This document shows, piece by piece, positions 47,859-56,708 of a DNA stretch of 62,035 nt (positions within the stretch are counted from its first letter, which is position 1; every line of letters starts with the position of its first letter). Under the pieces are notes generated by a model. It ran no database searches, was not told where the DNA came from, and saw only the letters and a list, made by a program, of their open reading frames with translations. Made by a program: the position numbers and the translations under genes. This DNA comes from an uncultured Bdellovibrionales bacterium (GTDB lineage Bacteria > Bdellovibrionota_C > UBA2361 > SZUA-149 > CAYOZL01), in the NCBI GenBank assembly GCA_964408435.1, contig CAYOZL010000006.1, positions 1 through 62,035 on the forward strand, written 5' to 3'.

Positions 47859-49226
47859 ATGAAAACACTTCTTTGGTTTAGAAATGATCTTCGTATTGAA
47901 GACAATGAAGCTTTATCAAAAGCTTCTAAAGGTGAAATACTTCCAGTTTATATCTATGATCAGGAATTAGGCAGTGCCTCTAAGTGGTATCTACACCATG
48001 CGCTTAAGAAGTTAGAACAAGATTTAAAGTCTCCTTTATATATCGCAAAAGGGAAGGCGGAAGATATTATATTAGAACTAACCAAGAAATATAAAATAGA
48101 AAATGTTTATTGGAACAGGTTGTATGAGCCTGAGCTTATAAAAAGAGATAAAAAAATTAAATCTGCCTTAAAAGAAAAGCAGATAGAAGTTCAGTCATTC
48201 TCAGGTTTTTTATTAGTTGAGCCTTGGAAGACTATGAATAAGTCTGGAAAGCCTTATCAAGTTTTTACACCTTTTTGGAGAAATCTAAATAAAATTTATG
48301 AACATAAAAAACCTTTATCTAAGCCTAGAAATTTGAGCTTTATTAAAGCTAAAGATTTATCTGTAGAAGATTTAAAATTATTACCTGAAATTAAATGGGA
48401 TAATGGTTTTAGTGAGTATTGGGACAGTATTGATTTTGATTTAAAAGGTGAGTTTAAAGTAGATAAATATTTAGAGCTAAGAAACTTCCCCTCAATTAGG
48501 GGAACTTCACAACTTTCTCCAGCACTGCATTTTGGGCAAGTAAGTCCTAGGATGTTATGGGATAAAGCATTAAAGTTAAAAAATTATAACGCAGTTGAGC
48601 CATACTTAAGACAGTTAGCTTGGAGAGATTTTGCGAATAACTTACTTTTTCATTTTCCTAAAACTGTTAGAAAACCTTTAAGAGATAATTTTAAAAAATT
48701 TCCTTGGAGAAAAAACAAAAAATATTTAACTGCATGGCAAAAAGGAGTGACTGGTTATCCAATAGTTGATGCTGGCATGAGAGAGCTTTGGCAAACAGGC
48801 TGGATGCATAATAGAGTCAGAATGATTGTAGGAAGTTTTCTGGTAAAAAATCTTTTACTACATTGGCATAATGGTGCTGATTGGTTCATGGATACTTTAG
48901 TTGATGCAGACTTAGCTAATAATACAATGGGTTGGCAGTGGATAGCTGGGTGTGGTGCAGATGCAGCACCTTATTTTAGAGTATTTAATCCTGTATTGCA
49001 GGGTGAGAGATTCGATAAGGAAGGTGCTTATGTTAAAAAATGGATTCCTGAACTAGAAGAGGTTCCTAAAAAATGGGTACATAAAATTTGGCAGGCTCCT
49101 GATGAAATTAAGGAGTTCGCTAAAAACTATCCAGAGCCAATAGTTGACTTAGCAGAGTCTAGGGACGTCGCACTTGAAGCGTATTACTTAATGAAGGATA
49201 AGACTGCAAAGGAGAATAAAAAATGA
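47859..49226 (+). CDS. phrB: Deoxyribodipyrimidine photolyase (class I CPD type)
   Basis: 455 aa with an N-terminal photolyase domain (LLWFRNDLRIEDN) and FAD-binding motifs TGYPIVDAGMRELWQTGWMHNRVRMIVGSFL and NTMGWQW.AG.G.DAAPYFR.FNP. Confidence 0.9.
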   Translation: MKTLLWFRNDLRIEDNEALSKASKGEILPVYIYDQELGSASKWYLHHALKKLEQDLKSPLYIAKGKAEDIILELTKKYKIENVYWNRLYEPELIKRDKKIKSALKEKQIEVQSFSGFLLVEPWKTMNKSGKPYQVFTPFWRNLNKIYEHKKPLSKPRNLSFIKAKDLSVEDLKLLPEIKWDNGFSEYWDSIDFDLKGEFKVDKYLELRNFPSIRGTSQLSPALHFGQVSPRMLWDKALKLKNYNAVEPYLRQLAWRDFANNLLFHFPKTVRKPLRDNFKKFPWRKNKKYLTAWQKGVTGYPIVDAGMRELWQTGWMHNRVRMIVGSFLVKNLLLHWHNGADWFMDTLVDADLANNTMGWQWIAGCGADAAPYFRVFNPVLQGERFDKEGAYVKKWIPELEEVPKKWVHKIWQAPDEIKEFAKNYPEPIVDLAESRDVALEAYYLMKDKTAKENKK

Positions 49227-49807
49227 TTATAAAAGATATTCCTATTATTTATATTTTACCAATAATTGCAGCTTTAATTGGCTGGATGACTAATTGGATA
49301 GCAGTGAAAATGTTATTCCATCCTAGAAAACCGATACTAGGTATTCAAGGAATTTTTCCAAAAAGGCAGACTGCTCTTGCTGAAAAACTTGCAGATGTAG
49401 TAGCAACAGAACTTTTAACTTCTAATGATTTAGTTAATACAATTAAAAAAGCATTAAGCTCAAAGCCTGAGAAGCTTCAATCTGCAATTAATAAAATTGT
49501 TACCACTGTATTACCTGAGAAGTTTCCATTGCTAGCGATGGTATTAACACCAGAAGTCGCTGAGACTATTAGTAAAGTTTTTACAGATTCTTTTTCTGAA
49601 ATAGCAGGGGAGTTATTCTCAGGTTTAAATATTGGTGATCAGCACATTCGTCAAACTGTTAAAGATAAAGTGGTCAATTTTTCTAGTGATAAACTTGAGA
49701 AAATTCTTTTTTCGATTATGAAAAAAGAATTTAAATTTATTGAACTAGTCGGAGCAGTGCTAGGATTTTTTATAGGCCTAGCACAAGTTCTATTAATCTC
49801 ATTGTGA
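49223..49807 (+). CDS. DUF445-family membrane protein
   Basis: 194 aa with the N-terminal motif GWMTNWIAVKMLFHPRKP typical of DUF445. The 4-nt ATGA overlaps phrB. Confidence 0.6.
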   Translation: MIIKDIPIIYILPIIAALIGWMTNWIAVKMLFHPRKPILGIQGIFPKRQTALAEKLADVVATELLTSNDLVNTIKKALSSKPEKLQSAINKIVTTVLPEKFPLLAMVLTPEVAETISKVFTDSFSEIAGELFSGLNIGDQHIRQTVKDKVVNFSSDKLEKILFSIMKKEFKFIELVGAVLGFFIGLAQVLLISL

Positions 49808-49824
49808 GCTCTGCAAAATGAAAA

Positions 49825-51480
49825 TTATATGCCCTTTACGTCTTTTCTAGTCCCAAAACTAAATTTACCTTTTTTAGCTTTAATCGTATACTTAATACCA
49901 TCTTTTGCATTATCAAACATATAGAAACCATTGGCATCAGTTAATACTGTTCCTAGTTCCCCAGCATCAATTTCAACTCCTTGTAATGGCTTTCCTTTAT
50001 GCATAACTTTACCACTGATAGTTAGTAACTTATTAGCAACAAAGTCTAGGTTATTAATGCTACTAGTAAGCATTCCTGATAGCTTGTTGTTTTCAAAAGT
50101 TAGTTTATCTTTAAAAGCAGTAATTTCGTAATTACTATCTTCTTCTATCTTATGGAATTCATACTTTCCATCTGCTCCAGATACTGTTTTTCCTATTCTA
50201 CCAGCATCAATATTTACTCCTTCTAATCCTTTACCGTCTAATGTGATTGTGCCGGCTAAAGAAAATAGTTTGATTGCTTCGATTTCTATTTTAGTATCAG
50301 AAGTGATTATTCCATTTTTATTTTTATAATTGAAATTATAATTTTCATCGTTAATTACAACTTCATATGAAGTATCCTCTTCAACATCTTCAATTGAAAA
50401 ATTACCATCATAATCAGTAGTAGCTTTTCCAGTTTGACCTAAATCAACTGAAATATTTGCTAGACCTTTACCTTTATTTTGAACTTTTCCACTTAATGTA
50501 AAAAGTTCAAGTGCTTCAAAGTCTAAGTCAGAAATATCATCACCTTCTGTTTTAATACTTAGCTCGGTTGCCATACTATCTGTTGCAACACTAGAAGAGC
50601 TAGTTGCAGATAATGGTGTGCTAGGTGAGCTGCTACTAAATGAACTAGTACTAGATAGTTCCTGGTTTGAGCTCAATACACTTGTCTGGCTAAAGTTAGC
50701 ATCCTTATTCTCTAAGATTTTAGCAGTATCTTTTGGATCAAATTTTTGAGTAGGTTTTCTTTCAAAATCTTTTGATTCATCGCTTTCTTGCTTTTTAACT
50801 ATTTCCTCAAATTTATTTGCTTGCTCTTCTTGATTATAGCTATTGTTCATTTGAATTTGTATCATCTCAGATTCTCTAACTACCGGTCTTAAACCACTTT
50901 TTTCTTTAGCTTGAGATTTTCTGTATAAAGATTTGAAATCATCTTTTGCCTCTGCTTGTTTAAAAGTAGGGATAAAAGGAGTTTCTTTTTGAGTCTCCTC
51001 TACTACAACTTTCTCTTCTTTAACTTCTTGTCCAGTTATTTCTGGTTGCTCTGAAGGAGATTTTAATAAATCACTTCTTACAATAACTTTAGATGGAGTA
51101 GACCTTGGTGTAGAAAACTTTTTTCTAAGCTCACTAGAATTACTACTTGATTCAGCAGATTTATGAATTGGTTTAATTAGATAGCTACCAATTGAAATTC
51201 TTTTATTAAATTCAAAAGAAACTTCAGTGTTAGGATCTATACTAATGTTTTCTAGTCTTGTGCCTTTACCAGTTCCTAGGTCAGTTAAGTATAGTTTTTT
51301 CGAGCCTTGATAATTCTCTACTCTTATTTGCGCGTGAAAATCAGAAACATCTTCGCTATTTAAAACGATATCATTACTATCAGCTCTACCTATGTTAATA
51401 ATTTCTTTGTCATAGCCTTCTGTGCGAGGTTTTTCATCTGAATCAAAATCTAACGAAATTATTGTAACTTGTATTGACAT
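49825..51480 (-). CDS. FHA-domain protein with a Ser/Glu/Lys-rich linker and three carboxypeptidase-regulatory-like beta-sandwich repeats
   Basis: 551 aa with an N-terminal FHA (INIGRADSNDIVLNSEDVSDFHAQI...LYLTDLGTGKGTRLEN). Three ~65-aa repeats follow, each L(F/L)(T/S)(L/I)(S/A)GK/T...KG..L.G(V/I).(I/V)D.G..G...(T/S)...G.(Y/F). Confidence 0.65.
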   Translation of the reverse strand: MSIQVTIISLDFDSDEKPRTEGYDKEIINIGRADSNDIVLNSEDVSDFHAQIRVENYQGSKKLYLTDLGTGKGTRLENISIDPNTEVSFEFNKRISIGSYLIKPIHKSAESSSNSSELRKKFSTPRSTPSKVIVRSDLLKSPSEQPEITGQEVKEEKVVVEETQKETPFIPTFKQAEAKDDFKSLYRKSQAKEKSGLRPVVRESEMIQIQMNNSYNQEEQANKFEEIVKKQESDESKDFERKPTQKFDPKDTAKILENKDANFSQTSVLSSNQELSSTSSFSSSSPSTPLSATSSSSVATDSMATELSIKTEGDDISDLDFEALELFTLSGKVQNKGKGLANISVDLGQTGKATTDYDGNFSIEDVEEDTSYEVVINDENYNFNYKNKNGIITSDTKIEIEAIKLFSLAGTITLDGKGLEGVNIDAGRIGKTVSGADGKYEFHKIEEDSNYEITAFKDKLTFENNKLSGMLTSSINNLDFVANKLLTISGKVMHKGKPLQGVEIDAGELGTVLTDANGFYMFDNAKDGIKYTIKAKKGKFSFGTRKDVKGI

Positions 51481-51698
51481 TTTATTTACCTATATATCCT
51501 AAACAATTTAATTTTTTTACCTTCAATAGTTTGATTCAGTTCTGCTCTAAAAAGAATCTACTTTTTACTTAAAGTCTATAAATGTTTAAATCACAGGACT
51601 TTAAGCTACATAATTATCTTGAAAAACTATTGTTTCCTAACCACTTATTCTTAATTTACATCATTATCATAATTATATCGTCATGATGCTCATAACTA

Positions 51699-52502
51699 TT
51701 AATAGTTATCTTTCTCAATTTTAGTTTCTTTTAGCTTCTTTAAGTCTCTAAGCTGATTTTCGAGGTTTAATTTAGTAAATTCCCACATATACTTAGTTCT
51801 ATTCATCCCACCTAAAGTTAGCTCCCATAAACCATGTCTTCGGGTAGTTTCAGATAAGGCCTGTCTAAGGGGCTTTTTTGTATAAATAATATAAGGGTAT
51901 TTATCTTCTATGCTTTGTACAATTTTTTTATACGAAGTCTCAGTCTTTAATATTTTATTTGCTAATTTACTAGCTCCTAACTGGTCTTCTATTTTTTTAT
52001 TAATTTTCTTAAGCTCTATTTCAGTATGATATATTTGTCGATCTAGTAGGGCAGAGTAGTTAAAAAGCTCTTGTAACTCTAGTTGTAAAGTATAAGGAAA
52101 CCTCTTTTTTTCAGCTTTTACTGCGTATTCTATCCTTGGTTTATAATTTATTAAATACGTATATAAGAAGTAAAAATGCTCAATTTGAGGGAAGTATCCG
52201 TTTCCTATTGCTCTATGCATAAGTTCAACTAAGCCCAGAGGGGTTAGAAGGTATCTAGGTTTTGATTTCCTAAGGTAGCTTCTAGCATAACCATCTTTTA
52301 CTAAGTTATTTAAATATCTCTGTATTTGAGTGTTTTTTAATTCAAACTCTTCAAATGCAGACTCGGTCCAGTTTACAAAACATTCTAAAAGCCATCTTAC
52401 ATCTCTTTGTCTAAAACCAATGCCATCAGGAGCACTTGCATGAGCACCTAGTATGGCGGGGGCGACCAAAACACCGTAGCGATTAAGTAAATTGTCTTTC
52501 AT
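51699..52502 (-). CDS. Hypothetical protein with a putative winged-helix DNA-binding region and a coiled-coil C-terminal half
   Basis: 267 aa. The segment IQRYLNNLVKDGYARSYLRKSKPRYLLTPLGLVEL looks like a wHTH recognition helix plus wing. The C-terminal half is K/E-rich and helical. The start codon abuts a palindromic operator. Confidence 0.45.
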   Translation of the reverse strand: MKDNLLNRYGVLVAPAILGAHASAPDGIGFRQRDVRWLLECFVNWTESAFEEFELKNTQIQRYLNNLVKDGYARSYLRKSKPRYLLTPLGLVELMHRAIGNGYFPQIEHFYFLYTYLINYKPRIEYAVKAEKKRFPYTLQLELQELFNYSALLDRQIYHTEIELKKINKKIEDQLGASKLANKILKTETSYKKIVQSIEDKYPYIIYTKKPLRQALSETTRRHGLWELTLGGMNRTKYMWEFTKLNLENQLRDLKKLKETKIEKDNY

Positions 52503-52520
52503 TTGTTACATTGTAACAAA
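52502..52520. promoter_or_regulatory. Palindromic operator candidate TTTGTTAC-ATT-GTAACAAA (copy 1)
   Basis: 8-nt perfect inverted arms with a 3-nt spacer. The 18-mer ATTTGTTACATTGTAACA (52501-52518) is repeated exactly at 52606-52623. Confidence 0.6.
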
Positions 52521-52605
52521 ATAATATCTCCTTTGATAGAACCTAATATTGCTTTATATCAGCGTTTAAAGTCTATTAGGGAAGTTTTAAAGGCTTTATT
52601 ATTAA

Positions 52606-52623
52606 ATTTGTTACATTGTAACA
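52606..52623. promoter_or_regulatory. Palindromic operator candidate (copy 2), ATTTGTTACATTGTAACA
   Basis: Exact 18-nt copy located 105 bp from copy 1, about 72 nt upstream of the 52695 start. Confidence 0.6.
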
Positions 52624-52694
52624 TTTTTAAACTAGATTAAAAAAGCTCTTTGTATACAATGATTCTAGAAGAAAAAAACAAAAGGTAATATAGA

Positions 52695-53156
52695 GTGAGT
52701 AAAAATACATTATACGAAATAGATAGGTATCAATTCCATGCAAAAAACTGGGAAGATGCTTTTATTAATACTGAACAGGCATTAATGAAATTAAAAACAA
52801 AAGGGTATCCAAATACTGAACTATTAATTGAATCTTTAAGAGGAGTGGATAGGTTAATCTCTGAGCGTTTAAGTTCTAGAGAAGTAAGAGGAGCGGTTAA
52901 TTTAATAACTAGGTATTTGAGAAAAGCAAAAAATAATAGAATGTTAATTAGAGCCTTGCGCAATCCTAAGTCAACATCTGATTTAGCAGTTTGTACTCTG
53001 ATAAAGAGAGCTTCTTATGAAATAGAACAAGCTGTTCAAGCTTATTCTAAGTCTTGTAATAAGAATATTGATGCTAAATATGAGCTAACATCAAATTTAA
53101 GTAGTGCTTTATTCTCTTTATTAAGTGCAGCTACTCAAGCTCAAAAGCTCTCTTAG
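52695..53156 (+). CDS. Hypothetical all-helical protein (153 aa)
   Basis: ORF only, GTG start. Divergent from the wHTH gene. Its 3' end overlaps the proC 3' end by 26 nt (convergent). Confidence 0.4.
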   Translation: MSKNTLYEIDRYQFHAKNWEDAFINTEQALMKLKTKGYPNTELLIESLRGVDRLISERLSSREVRGAVNLITRYLRKAKNNRMLIRALRNPKSTSDLAVCTLIKRASYEIEQAVQAYSKSCNKNIDAKYELTSNLSSALFSLLSAATQAQKLS

Positions 53157-53904
53157 TTGCGGCATCTATGGCATTTTTTACTGTAGCTTGAAAGTTATCT
53201 TTTTTGAAGCTATTAAGCCCTGCAACAGTAGTGCCATTAGGAGAGCTTACCATTTGAATTAATTTTTTAGGTTCTATTTCTTTCTCTAGTAATAGTTTGC
53301 AGGTGCCAATTAGAGTCTCAATCGCTAGTTTCGTAGTATCTAGCTTTAAGCCATTTTCTTTAGCTGCAATGCTTAAAGACTCTATAAATAAAGCAACAAA
53401 AGCAGGGCCACTCCCACAAAGAGCTGTTGCAGCATTAATCTCATTTTCATCCTTGCAGATGTAAGAACTACCTGTAGAGTTAAATATTTCTTGAGCTATT
53501 AGTAAGTCTTTTTCGTTTTCAGAGAACATTACATTTACTCCTGCTCCAACTATCGCAGGAAGGTTAGGCATTACTCTTACTATTCTAGCTTTTTCTCCTA
53601 ATAAATTTTTAAATCTTTCTACCTTAACACCAGCAGCGACTGAGATATAAAGAGATTCAGGCTTAATAGTGACATTCTCAAATAAATTTTTAATATTATT
53701 AGGTTTAACAGCAATTATATTAATTTCATTTTGAATAATTTCTTTAGATGTTTTTATTTCAAAAGTTTTCTCTATTTGTTCTAATTTAGACTGGTCTTGA
53801 TCTACTGCAGTGATTTCATAATTATTAGTCCTACTTTTTTTAAGTAAGCCCCTAATAATAGCTTCACCCATATTGCCTACACCTATAACGCTGATTTTTT
53901 TCAT
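53131..53904 (-). CDS. proC: Pyrroline-5-carboxylate reductase
   Basis: Rossmann motif ISVIGVGNMGEAII directly after Met-7 of the ORF-track model, so the start at 53904 is preferred and 53922 is possible. Also has VAVKP, RVMPN.PA.VG and a C-terminal SPNGTT motif. Confidence 0.88.
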   Translation of the reverse strand: MKKISVIGVGNMGEAIIRGLLKKSRTNNYEITAVDQDQSKLEQIEKTFEIKTSKEIIQNEINIIAVKPNNIKNLFENVTIKPESLYISVAAGVKVERFKNLLGEKARIVRVMPNLPAIVGAGVNVMFSENEKDLLIAQEIFNSTGSSYICKDENEINAATALCGSGPAFVALFIESLSIAAKENGLKLDTTKLAIETLIGTCKLLLEKEIEPKKLIQMVSSPNGTTVAGLNSFKKDNFQATVKNAIDAATKRAFELE

Positions 53905-53972
53905 GTCCGGATAATACTCCATACTGTCTTAACATTCTAGACAAATAAAAAGCCTAGAGTTAAACTAGTAAT

Positions 53973-54347
53973 ATGAAAGATATCAAAATCTCCGCGCTAC
54001 CAGAATTTGTGCCAAATCAATCCAATTTAGAACAAAATTCGTACGTATACTCCTATAAGGTTAAAATTAAAAACAATTCAGATAAGACGGTTCAATTAAT
54101 CAATAGGCATTGGAGGGTCTATTCTGCAGGGGTTCAAATTGCAGATGTTAAGGGTGAAGGCGTAGTAGGGAAGCAACCAGTTCTTAAGCCAGGACAAGAG
54201 TTTGAGTATTCTAGTTGGACTATCGTTAGAGATGTTTATGGGGAAATGAAAGGAGAGTATACCTTTCATACCGAAGATGGAACGTTTGTGGATATAGAAG
54301 TTCCGTCTTTTAATTTAATTTATGTTAGTCAAGACAATTTACATTAA
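53973..54347 (+). CDS. apaG: ApaG (DUF525) protein
   Basis: 124 aa with Y.Y.V.I.N......QL..RHW.......G....V.G.GVVG.QP.L.PG..F.Y.S, the pattern typical of ApaG. Confidence 0.85.
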   Translation: MKDIKISALPEFVPNQSNLEQNSYVYSYKVKIKNNSDKTVQLINRHWRVYSAGVQIADVKGEGVVGKQPVLKPGQEFEYSSWTIVRDVYGEMKGEYTFHTEDGTFVDIEVPSFNLIYVSQDNLH

Positions 54348-54419
54348 AGATCTAAACTAAGATGAACTACATTATACTAACTCATTAATACAATTAAGTT
54401 GCTACTGTTAACTTATTAG

Positions 54420-54902
54420 CTAGGCGTTAGCCTGAGCTATCTTTTCATCTATGCTATTTGCCACTATCTCAGGAGCAGTAATTGTCTCATCGATAGCTGT
54501 TTGTTCTACAACTACTTCTTTTTCAATAACTGAACTACTTTCATTAGTGAGATTTTCACTGCTAGTTGTTTTTTGTTCTATTAGTAAATTGTTAAAATTC
54601 TCAGTAGAGCCAATATGGCCACCGATAACTTCGATTGCTTTTTGATAAGCCTGAGCAGAATTTAATATGCCGTCTCTTAACTCAGCAAGCTGAGATGATA
54701 CTTCGTTTGAAAATCCTTGTTTTTCTTTATCGAAGTCTTCACGAGCTTTTTCTAAAGCTTCATTGTAAGCTTTTTTGGATTTTCCAGTAGTGAAAAACAT
54801 TTTTCCAAGCAGTACTCCAGCAAGTAAAAATCCAATGTTTATTAAAAACCAATTAACAAAAAAAGGCTCACTAATTAATTCTCTTACGTATGCATAATTC
54901 AT
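54420..54902 (-). CDS. Hypothetical membrane-anchored coiled-coil protein (YtxH-like)
   Basis: 160 aa with an N-terminal TM (WFLINIGFLLAGVLLGKMFF), then a helical K/E-rich region and an acidic tail. Confidence 0.45.
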   Translation of the reverse strand: MNYAYVRELISEPFFVNWFLINIGFLLAGVLLGKMFFTTGKSKKAYNEALEKAREDFDKEKQGFSNEVSSQLAELRDGILNSAQAYQKAIEVIGGHIGSTENFNNLLIEQKTTSSENLTNESSSVIEKEVVVEQTAIDETITAPEIVANSIDEKIAQANA

Positions 54903-54984
54903 GTATTATTAATAAAGGATAAATGACCTAAAGTAAACTTACTAGAAATAAGTCTATGCAAATCAATGAGCAAATTAATATAAA

Positions 54985-55332
54985 TTAATTTATATAATTC
55001 TTAATATCTGAGTGTTCTTCTAGTAGACTATTACTAGTGTTTTCAAGATCTTTTGTCTTTGACTTAACTTGATTAAATAACCTAGAAATAGAAGCATTAT
55101 AAGCTAGTTTATGAATCTTTTCCTCAAGTTTTTTAATGTTGTAATTTTGTTCGGAATAATTATGTTCTAGTAGGGAATCCATAACTTCTTTGGCAACTTG
55201 TTCTGCATCATCTGCACAACCAGTTAGAAGTATAGCAATAGAAAAAACTTTTTCTTTCCATTCTTCTTCTATGCACTGTTTTTTATCTTGCACAAAAATA
55301 CCTTTCCCAAAATTGTTTTTTATATTTTTCAT
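54985..55332 (-). CDS. Hypothetical 115-aa protein with weak resemblance to sigma-70 region 2 only
   Basis: The segment KVFSIAILLTGCADDAEQVAKEVMDSL resembles the ECF sigma region 2.1-2.2 pattern (..a..ltG...dAeD..qe.f). There is no region 4. Confidence 0.35.
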   Translation of the reverse strand: MKNIKNNFGKGIFVQDKKQCIEEEWKEKVFSIAILLTGCADDAEQVAKEVMDSLLEHNYSEQNYNIKKLEEKIHKLAYNASISRLFNQVKSKTKDLENTSNSLLEEHSDIKNYIN

Positions 55333-55417
55333 AACCTTTAAAATCCCTTAAAAATAAAACCCTAAAAATACCTAACAAAGTAGTTTTAGTATAAATCGCT
55401 AATGATTTCAAATTTAT

Positions 55418-56650
55418 TTATAGAATAGATGTTCTACTAATATAAATTTTTGTTAATAAACCTAATAATATAAATACGCTAGCAGTAGTAGGCATATATA
55501 AAATAAGCTCACTGTTGTTCAAAGAAGCTTGTGCGATAATTCCAGTAATAAACAGAGCAAAACCATTTCCAGTTTTAATTAAAAAATTAATTGCTCCAAA
55601 GTAGATACTAATTTTATCTTTAGCTATCTCACTTACAGCTTTTGCTTCTAGACCTAAAAGTATTGCTATTGGCATTCCTGAAAGGGCAAATAAAAGCATA
55701 TAAGAATTAAAAGAAGCTTTAATTGAAATCATTATAAAGTAAAGTAGAGCTAGAGATGTAGCTGCTGTAAAAACACTTTTTTCCCAACCCCATTTTTTAG
55801 AGAGTTTTTGTGAGATAAGAAAAGAGGGGATGGCAACTATTATCATTGGAGCAAGTAGCAGGCTTACGTCTGTTGTTTTGCCACCTAGTAAATCTATTGC
55901 TAAAAAAGGTGCTGCTGCAGTCATAGTAGTAAGAGACATTTGAGAGGAAACAAAGATAGAGCTAGCACTAATAAATTTTTTATCTTTAAGAGCGGAGAAA
56001 ATTTCTGACAATATCTCTGAAAAAATCCCAGAAAATATAAGCTTATAATTTTGACTGCTTAATTTAAAAATATTTTCAATATTTTTTGAAGGTTTAACCT
56101 TAGGACGAAAATTTGGAAGATACATCAAGATAAAAGAGCAAGAAGCAGTGATTATGGCTGCATCCATATATCCGTAATGTTCTACTATTAAGGGCCCAAT
56201 TATAAAACTAATAGCAGTAGCAAGTAAAAGACCAAAACCTAAAAGGTTAGATAGTGTAGTGTTATCTTCTGAGTAGTCTGAAATTAGAGACCAGTAGGGA
56301 ATGCAATAAATACTATAGCCTGTAAAAAATAAGCTCATACCAAGAAATTCTAGAAGCCATTTATACTGTGTGCTTGGAGTTGAGTAAAAACATAAAATCA
56401 AGCCTAAACAGAAAAAAGGAATAGATAAATTGATTAAAGTGAATTTATTTTTGATTCTATCTGAGAAGTATCCACATATAGGGTCTGTAATTGCATCGTA
56501 GAATCTAAAGAATAAAATTAAGGTAGCTAGTGCACTACTAAGAAAAACACCAGAGTTAGAATATTTTATAATCCATTGAAAGAAAAATCTGGCGCTTAAC
56601 ATTACACCTAGTTGGCCAGAGGTGTAGAAAAGCTTTTCGGATAATTTCAA
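55418..56650 (-). CDS. MFS-type transporter (GPH-like)
   Basis: 410 aa, about 12 TM, with an N-terminal motif (LFFRFYDAITDPICGYFSDR) resembling the GPH/MFS D-x-x-D-P loop. Confidence 0.65.
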   Translation of the reverse strand: MKLSEKLFYTSGQLGVMLSARFFFQWIIKYSNSGVFLSSALATLILFFRFYDAITDPICGYFSDRIKNKFTLINLSIPFFCLGLILCFYSTPSTQYKWLLEFLGMSLFFTGYSIYCIPYWSLISDYSEDNTTLSNLLGFGLLLATAISFIIGPLIVEHYGYMDAAIITASCSFILMYLPNFRPKVKPSKNIENIFKLSSQNYKLIFSGIFSEILSEIFSALKDKKFISASSIFVSSQMSLTTMTAAAPFLAIDLLGGKTTDVSLLLAPMIIVAIPSFLISQKLSKKWGWEKSVFTAATSLALLYFIMISIKASFNSYMLLFALSGMPIAILLGLEAKAVSEIAKDKISIYFGAINFLIKTGNGFALFITGIIAQASLNNSELILYMPTTASVFILLGLLTKIYISRTSIL

Positions 56651-56708
56651 TCTTTTAACCTACTAAGCAATCCAGATTAACATTATAGGCCAGCTAAACA
56701 CTCCAGGG

